64,000 nucleotides of DNA from Bacteroidota bacterium. Its GTDB lineage: Bacteria > Bacteroidota > Bacteroidia > Bacteroidales > VadinHA17. The stretch lies in the NCBI GenBank assembly GCA_037127735.1, contig JBAXXU010000007.1, positions 1,023 to 65,022 of the forward strand, given 5' to 3'. Each line of letters starts with the position of its first letter. Within the stretch, counting starts at the first letter, position 1. Position numbers and translations under genes: made by a program. Below, piece by piece: positions 57,864 to 63,384 of the stretch. A model generated the notes under the pieces. The model made no database searches, had not been told where the DNA came from, and saw nothing but the letters and a program-made list of their open reading frames with translations.

Positions 57864-58388
57864 ATGATAAAAGTACTTGGTATTAAAATTATCGACAGGA
57901 TAAAAGAAGCCGGTCTAACACAGGAGATATTGTCGCGGCATGCTACCGTAATAACTACCCGACTGGGTTTTCATGAAGTGACTGATTCAGTCTGCAGCCG
58001 TGAGGCATATATCATTCTTCATCTTAATGGCGATCCGGCTGATACAGATAGACTTTCATCAGCGCTGGAAGGGATTGGGGGTATTGAGATCCGCGGGATG
58101 TCCTTTCCTTCTGAAAAGGAAACCCTGAATTTAAAGACAGTTAATGGCAATGTGGAAATACTTGGTATTCTTGTTGAAAGAAACCACGATGTAATTGTTT
58201 TAGTTCAGAAAATCCTAACGGCTTATGGCTGTAATATCCGTACCCGTCTCGGTGTTAATGAGCTCTTCTTTGGCGAACCGGCAGGGCTGATCATTCTCGA
58301 ATTAAAGGGAGATGAAAAGCAGCGTCTTCTTCTTGAAAAGGAACTGAAGGGACTAAAACATGTGCATGTCAGGACGATGGTGTTTTAG
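57864..58388 (+). CDS. tandem-duplicated TM1266-type (iron-only hydrogenase system regulator, ACT/NikR-C-like) protein
   Basis: Two ~85-aa halves share a pattern: VLGIKIIDR...VITTRLGFHE...YIILHLNG versus ILGILVERN...NIRTRLGVNE...LIILELKG. Adjacent to hydG. Confidence 0.6.
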   Translation: MIKVLGIKIIDRIKEAGLTQEILSRHATVITTRLGFHEVTDSVCSREAYIILHLNGDPADTDRLSSALEGIGGIEIRGMSFPSEKETLNLKTVNGNVEILGILVERNHDVIVLVQKILTAYGCNIRTRLGVNELFFGEPAGLIILELKGDEKQRLLLEKELKGLKHVHVRTMVF

Positions 58389-58656
58389 ATCATAGAAAAA
58401 GGTTGGAAAGTCTCAACCGCACCCGAACCCCATAACGCCATAACGGTTTAAGACAAAAGTGATGATGTGATGATGAAAACCTCTGCTTCAATCGCGGCTT
58501 CATGTTGTTTGATACTTAACTTTTATTTTACAGTTCATTATATTTTGGTAATTTTGTACTATTAAGTCGGCGGTTTGGAACAATTGCCTCAAGCTGGGCA
58601 ACATTGATTGTTATATATATTCAAAAAATTGATTAACCTTTGGTGAAAATCAGGAT

Positions 58657-59055
58657 ATGACTGATAATGTTGATATAGATAAAATTTATAATCATTGGAT
58701 TAGTACATCTGATAAGGATCTTATTACAATGGTTCATCTTTATGATTCAAAAGATTATCATTGGTCATTATTTATTGGTCATGCTGTTGTTGAACGATTA
58801 TTAAAAGCTTCCGTTGTAAAACGAATTTCAGATCATGCTCCTTTTACGCATGACTTAACCAAATTAGCAAAACTTTCCGGATTGTTATTTTCTGAAGAGC
58901 AATTAGATTGGCTGGATACAATTTCAACTTTCAATATTAATGCAAGATACGATAGCTATAAAGAGGCATTTTACAGAAAATGTACTTTAGAGTTCACAAC
59001 GGAATGGATTGATAAAGTTAAAATTCTACAATCATGGATAAAGGAGAAGCTCTAA
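58657..59055 (+). CDS. HEPN-domain protein (toxin-like partner of the MNT gene)
   Basis: 132 aa helical protein with the HAPFTHDL region expected around the HEPN active site. Overlaps the next gene by 22 nt. Confidence 0.65.
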   Translation: MTDNVDIDKIYNHWISTSDKDLITMVHLYDSKDYHWSLFIGHAVVERLLKASVVKRISDHAPFTHDLTKLAKLSGLLFSEEQLDWLDTISTFNINARYDSYKEAFYRKCTLEFTTEWIDKVKILQSWIKEKL

Positions 59056-59351
59056 GAATAGCAGGGGATTATATTGATTCAATAAGCACAAAATATAATA
59101 TCAGACAGGCAATATTGTTTGGTTCTTTTGCAAAAGGTACCAATCATGATGATAGTGATATAGATATAGCGATAATAATTAATAATGTAGTTGATATTAT
59201 TGATACCCAAATAGATTTAATGAAACTTCGCAGGACAATTGATTTAAGAATAGAGCCCCATCCTTTTATGATTGGGGACTTTAATCAGAGCAACCCTGTT
59301 GTAAATGAAATATTAAAATACGGAATAGTAATAAATAGTAACGTGTCCTGA
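59034..59351 (+). CDS. minimal nucleotidyltransferase (MNT) domain protein
   Basis: GSFAKGTNHDDSDIDIAI (GSxxxGx5-6SDxDxx). Confidence 0.75.
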   Translation: MDKGEALRIAGDYIDSISTKYNIRQAILFGSFAKGTNHDDSDIDIAIIINNVVDIIDTQIDLMKLRRTIDLRIEPHPFMIGDFNQSNPVVNEILKYGIVINSNVS

Positions 59352-59370
59352 TCGAAAATCTTTGACAATA

Positions 59371-59412
59371 ACCCGCAGCCTCGCACCCAGAACCCAGAAC
59401 CCGGCACCACAT
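59371..59412 (+). repeat. heptanucleotide tract downstream of the MNT gene
   Basis: ACCCGCA GCCTCGC ACCCAGA ACCCAGA ACCCGGC ACCACAT in one register. Confidence 0.75.
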
Positions 59413-59433
59413 TATAGTTGTTGGTGATTTTTG

Positions 59434-59586
59434 CTATTTCCAATAATTTTCAACGGCATAAAGTGGCAAATTTGTTAACCAATCATCTCTTCTATAATCA
59501 GACATGGAGGTTCTTATAGATATCAATGGTTTACGGTCTTTTGAGTTTTTCCAATTAGTCAGTTTTTGAAATTGAAATCGTTCCAT
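59434..59586 (-). pseudogene. 50-codon remnant resembling the N-terminus of a COG1373/DUF4143 AAA ATPase
   Basis: MERFQFQKLTNWKNSKDRKPLISIRTS... The family pattern (L..W....RKPLIL.G.RQVGKT) is followed as far as RKPLI and then lost. Stop after 50 aa. Confidence 0.3.
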
Positions 59587-59937
59587 TGCGTTATTATTTT
59601 CCGCGAAGGTAAAAAAAATAGTTTGGTGTTTAACATTATTAATAACATTTATTCATACGACTATATGTTATGAAATACATTTATTCTAATTACTTAATGT
59701 AGATGAAATATTATTTATTATAGTAACCCTGATCATCTCACGGCCCCCTTCACCCGGCCTTTTACCCCCAGGCACCCGGCCCCCGGTAACGAATTTCAGT
59801 TTCTCAGGTTAAGACCGGCTTAACAGACTATAAAGACACTTCAGACAATAAAGAATTTTCACCACGTAAAAAAATCTTTATTAAATAAATCCGGAATAAT
59901 TGTTTTCTATTAGCAAACTATTATCTACTTTTGTCGG

Positions 59938-60255
59938 ATGTTTAATATTATTGCCCGAAAAACATTATTGGATTATTGTAAAACATATCCTTTGGCAGCG
60001 CCGGGATTGCAAGAGTGGTATCATGAGATGGTTCAAAGCGACTTTAAAAACTTTAACAAGCTGAAAATGGTATATGGCACTGCAAGCCTGGTTGCCGACG
60101 ACAGGGTGGTATTTAATATAATGGGAAACAAGTACAGATTGGTGGTGAGGATTGTATTTCAATTCAGGGCCATACAGATAAAGTGGTTTGGCACTCATGC
60201 AGAGTATGATGAAGTAGATGTGACAAGTACAAATTTTAAAAAGAAGAAATCATGA
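59938..60255 (+). CDS. higB: type II toxin HigB (RelE-fold mRNA interferase)
   Basis: VVFNIMGNKYRLVVRI...IKWFGTHAEYDEVDV, the characteristic HigB_toxin pattern. Confidence 0.85.
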   Translation: MFNIIARKTLLDYCKTYPLAAPGLQEWYHEMVQSDFKNFNKLKMVYGTASLVADDRVVFNIMGNKYRLVVRIVFQFRAIQIKWFGTHAEYDEVDVTSTNFKKKKS

Positions 60256-60608
60256 ATTTAAAAATCATAGTATCTAAAAAAGAATATCAGCAATACCTTA
60301 CCTGGGCTGATGAAATGTTTGATAAGAGAATATCACCGGAAACAGCTGAAGGAGAAAAGCTAAAGGTTGTGCTGTTATTAATTAAACAATATGAAGATCA
60401 GCACTATCCTGTTCCAAAACCAGATCCCATTGATGCCATAAAAAATAAAATGGTTGATTTAGGGCTTAAAAACAAATATTTTGTGGGTAAAGTAGGTTCT
60501 AAAGGATATGTATCGGCTATTTTGAATAAACGCAAACCACTTACGCTTCATCTTGCCAGGTTGTTTCATAATGAATTAGGAATCCCGGCTGATGTTTTAT
60601 TGTCATAG
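60252..60608 (+). CDS. higA: HigA-type HTH antitoxin
   Basis: 4-nt overlap with higB. ...YEDQHYPVPKPDPIDAIKNKM...ILNKRKPLTLHLARLFHNELGIPADVLL. Confidence 0.8.
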   Translation: MNLKIIVSKKEYQQYLTWADEMFDKRISPETAEGEKLKVVLLLIKQYEDQHYPVPKPDPIDAIKNKMVDLGLKNKYFVGKVGSKGYVSAILNKRKPLTLHLARLFHNELGIPADVLLS

Positions 60609-60624
60609 GATTTAAACTGTTTAA

Positions 60625-60750
60625 GACAAAAGACAAAAGACAAAAGACAAAAGACAAAAGACAAAAGACAAAAGACAAAAGTCACAAGAAAAAAGTAAAA
60701 ATGCAAAATGCAAAATGCGAAACGCGAAACGCGATACGCTGAACGCTGAA
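60625..60750 (+). repeat. 18-unit phase-locked heptanucleotide tract with stepwise unit drift
   Basis: GACAAAA x8, GTCACAA, GAAAAAA, GTAAAAA, TGCAAAA x2, TGCGAAA, CGCGAAA, CGCGATA, CGCTGAA x2. The register is unbroken. Confidence 0.92.
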
Positions 60751-60784
60751 CTCTTAGACCAAAAAGCTCCTTCAAATCGAAGAC

Positions 60785-61096
60785 CTACCTCTTTTTTGTC
60801 TTTTCAAACCATGATCCGGGATTGCGATATGTGCAGATTATAGCAAGAACTTTAATGGTTTCGGTTTGTTGTTCAACGCTATAGTGAATCATGTAAGGGA
60901 ATTTATTTATGATTGCTGTACGGATAGTTTTATATCGAACGGCATATCCTAAAGGATTCTTTTGTATGTTTTTGAGTGTTGTCCGAGTATATTTGTAAAA
61001 ACGAAATCCCAAATTCGGTTGTTGCTCATTGTACCAATCAATAGCCTGAATAATATCAATCCTTGCAGTGGGATTAATACTTATTTTATAAGCCAT
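60785..61096 (-). CDS. RelE/ParE-family toxin
   Basis: 103 aa. ...AIDWYNEQQPNLGFRF...FPYMIHYSVEQQTETIKVLAIICTYRNP. Confidence 0.75.
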   Translation of the reverse strand: MAYKISINPTARIDIIQAIDWYNEQQPNLGFRFYKYTRTTLKNIQKNPLGYAVRYKTIRTAIINKFPYMIHYSVEQQTETIKVLAIICTYRNPGSWFEKTKKR

Positions 61097-61307
61097 ATTT
61101 GGTATTTATTTCTTTTTGTACCTCATCCCAATTAAGGTAATCTTCGCTTTTATTTTCCAATCTTTGGTCAAGAATAGCTTTATGCCATTGAGGAATTTCG
61201 TTGGTATCGGAAACAGCTTCAATTTTTTTGACAAACGAAACACTTTTCATTAATTCAACGAAGATGTTTTCTTTATCGTCTTGTATTGTTATCGAAAATG
61301 TTTTCAT
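61086..61307 (-). CDS. antitoxin (addiction-module component) paired with the RelE/ParE toxin
   Basis: 73 aa, overlaps the toxin start by 11 nt. IPQWHKAILDQRLE...NWDEVQKEI pattern. Confidence 0.6.
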   Translation of the reverse strand: MKTFSITIQDDKENIFVELMKSVSFVKKIEAVSDTNEIPQWHKAILDQRLENKSEDYLNWDEVQKEINTKYGL

Positions 61308-61562
61308 CCGACCTTAAATTATATTTGTTTATAATGCAAATATACAATCAAAAGGGGAAAGAAGGTGTTGATATTAGAAATATTAACGCGCTACTTTTTT
61401 ATTCTCGCCATGCTGCACGGGAAGTTATTTTTACAGCACCAACAACTTACTGAGTGAAAAGTGAAAAGCCGGGATCGTAAGACGTATTACAGGTTGCAAA
61501 ATGGTGTGGTATTATCAACACGTCGCAGAGCGCAGTTTCTTCTACTCTGAGCCCTCCGCCCT

Positions 61563-61604
61563 GCGGACTGCCGATGCGAAGGTTAGGTTTAATTGGCTGC
61601 GCCG
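61563..61604 (+). repeat. direct repeat copy A flanking the DUF4160/DUF2442 pair
   Basis: GCGGAC[TGCCGAT]GCGAAGGTTAGGTTTAATTGGCTGCGCCG. A 29-nt core is identical to 62230..62258. Copy B lacks the 7-nt bracketed block. Confidence 0.85.
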
Positions 61605-61670
61605 AGTTCGTAAACGTAGAATTTTCGAGTGTTTTATATAAAAGTTTCTCACCTTTATTTATATTTGTAA

Positions 61671-62003
61671 ATGAGTCCAACAGTTTTGAAATATAAAGGA
61701 TATCGATTATTCTTTTTTTCATCCGTGCAAAATTATTTTTAATAGGTCGGATGGAGCTCGCATGTTGATTTTGTTCAGGCAGGTTAGTGTTTTTTGTTAA
61801 ACATGCTCGGTTCAAGAGAAGAAAAAAGAGTTCATATCCATGTTTCATCTCAAGATGGGGAGGCAAAATTCTGGGTTGAACCAGAAGTCGAATTAGCTCA
61901 GAATACCGGCTTCACTGAAAAACAATTGAATGCCATAAGAAACATTATACTAATACATTAAAATGAAATCACCGATGCATGGGTTAAGCACTTTAACAGT
62001 TGA
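61671..62003 (+). pseudogene. DUF4160-family gene disrupted by a 93-bp in-frame block with stops and by an in-frame TAA
   Basis: MSPTVLKYKGYRLFFFS (61671-61721), then a 93-nt block with TAA/TAG/TAG (61722-61814), then REEKRVHIHVSSQDGEAKFWVEPEVELAQNTGFTEKQLNAIRNIILIH, then TAA (61959), then NEITDAWVKHFNS*. All parts are in one frame. Confidence 0.6.
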
Positions 62004-62223
62004 GGTTACGAATATTTCTGCTCATGGTTTTTGGATCCTTTTGAACGAAAATGAGTATTTTCTGTCTTATTTAAATTTTCCATGGTTTACAAAAGCAACC
62101 ATCGATGATCTCTGTGAAGTTCATTTACTTAATGGGCAACACTTATTTTGGAAAAAGCTGGATGTCGATTTAGAACTCTCTTCAATTATCACCCCTGAAA
62201 GTTATCCCTTAATCTATAAGTAG
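61963..62223 (+). CDS. DUF2442-domain protein
   Basis: Usual partner of DUF4160 genes. ...VEVTNISAHGFWILLNENEYFLSYLNFPWF... Confidence 0.65.
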   Translation: MKSPMHGLSTLTVEVTNISAHGFWILLNENEYFLSYLNFPWFTKATIDDLCEVHLLNGQHLFWKKLDVDLELSSIITPESYPLIYK

Positions 62224-62258
62224 GCGGACGCGAAGGTTAGGTTTAATTGGCTGCGCCG
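62224..62258 (+). repeat. direct repeat copy B, starting immediately after the DUF2442 stop
   Basis: GCGGACGCGAAGGTTAGGTTTAATTGGCTGCGCCG. Confidence 0.85.
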
Positions 62259-62509
62259 GGCTCTCCGCCAACTGCCGGATCGGTTCACCGGTGCTTCCAC
62301 CGTTTTTTGAGTCCAGAGCCAGCTCTGGGGTTCATACCATTTGATTATTTGTTACACTGACATTTTATATTATAACGACCAAATAGCATTACTTTAAGTC
62401 ATTACGATATCAATTTGTCTTCCTTAAAGCTTGTGTACTCAGATAACACCAGGTTTTCCCGTGAAAACTATCGAGTAAACTCCGCGAAGACACCCATCGA
62501 AGCGTTAGC

Positions 62510-62544
62510 GACAAAAGTAAAAACGCAAAACGCAAAACGCTATA
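62510..62544 (+). repeat. heptanucleotide tract upstream of hicB, with the same unit progression as 60674..60736
   Basis: GACAAAA GTAAAAA CGCAAAA CGCAAAA CGCTATA. Confidence 0.75.
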
Positions 62545-62623
62545 ACAGTAAAAAAATCTTCCAAAAATCATATTCCCTTTAAATAATCTTATATTTGTAA
62601 GTAATCTTTTAAAACGCTTAGCT

Positions 62624-62851
62624 ATGAACAAGATGGAATTAACATTGATGGTTGAAGAGGGAGAGAATGGCTATTATGTTGGTCAGATAGTTGAGTATCC
62701 TGCTGCACTATCGCAGGGAAAAACTATAGAAGAATTGGAAAATAATTTAAAGGATGCTCTTAAATTGCTATTACAAGTACAAAAAGAACAACTGAAAAGG
62801 GAATATCTTAAACGAAAAGCCATAAAGCGAAAAGTGACATTTGCTGTATGA
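62624..62851 (+). CDS. hicB: HicB-family antitoxin
   Basis: ELTLMVEEGENGYYVGQIVEYPAALSQGKTIEELENNLKDAL (UPF0150/HicB N-domain pattern). Confidence 0.75.
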   Translation: MNKMELTLMVEEGENGYYVGQIVEYPAALSQGKTIEELENNLKDALKLLLQVQKEQLKREYLKRKAIKRKVTFAV

Positions 62852-63042
62852 AACGTTTAGATTTCAAAAGACATTTAAATCAGAATTCGTGTATATTACT
62901 GAGAGAAGGAGGAAGCCATTCCATTTGGATAAATACAACTAACGAAATGCATACATCCGTTCCACGGCATAAAGAAATTGATAACAGGTTGTGTAAGAAT
63001 ATCTGTAAACAATTAGGAATCATACCACCTGAAAATATTTAA
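62848..63042 (+). CDS. hicA: HicA-family toxin
   Basis: 4-nt overlap with hicB. REGGSHSIW...SVPRHKEI...ICKQLGI. Confidence 0.78.
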   Translation: MKRLDFKRHLNQNSCILLREGGSHSIWINTTNEMHTSVPRHKEIDNRLCKNICKQLGIIPPENI

Positions 63043-63164
63043 TTCTAAACTTATGCCATCATCATTTAGCCTGAATATGAATATTGAAGGGTTGATTGGC
63101 TATAACTTTTCCTATCACTCTTAGATGTTTTGCGGTTTTTCTTCTCCTTATCTTCTTGCATTCA

Positions 63165-63241
63165 CTTTTGTCTTTTCCCTTTTATCTTGATTTTGCCCTG
63201 CGCTCTGAGCTCTGCGCCCTCCGCCCTCCGCTCTGCGCCCA
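63165..63241 (+). repeat. 11-unit phase-locked heptanucleotide tract (T-rich units drifting into C-rich units)
   Basis: CTTTTGT CTTTTCC CTTTTAT CTTGATT TTGCCCT GCGCTCT GAGCTCT GCGCCCT CCGCCCT CCGCTCT GCGCCCA. Confidence 0.88.
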
Positions 63242-63384
63242 AAGCAGTAAGTGGGAATCGATCATAAGCGGCAAAAACTTCATAAATAAAATTCCGGTAA
63301 CACACGAATAAAATATTTATTGAACAATAGTTTGATAAAATTGATAAATATTCTACTTTTAAAGGTCTAAATAAATGTAAAAAT

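Noticed and set aside
60625-60750. Possible CRISPR array (this and the other short-repeat tracts, and the 12-mers at 52961-52996)
   Set aside because: The units are 7-12 nt and directly abutting, with no 25-40-nt spacers. There is no repeat palindrome of CRISPR size and no cas genes in the window.
60566-60775. 69-aa minus-strand ORF with FCLLSFV repeats
   Set aside because: It is simply the translation of the heptanucleotide tract (21 nt gives a 7-aa period). It has no start context or domain and overlaps the higA 3' end.
61447-61866. 139-aa minus-strand ORF
   Set aside because: It runs antisense across repeat copy A and the DUF4160 remnants. The plus-strand reading gives recognisable family sequence, whereas this one gives none.
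58389-63250. Integron-like cassette array (TA-rich, same-size modules, a GTTAGGT core-like site in the 29-bp repeat)
   Set aside because: I could not find the R''/L''...L'/R' imperfect-palindrome structure of attC sites at the module borders. The modules are on both strands and there is no intI. The direct repeats are kept only as a separate finding.
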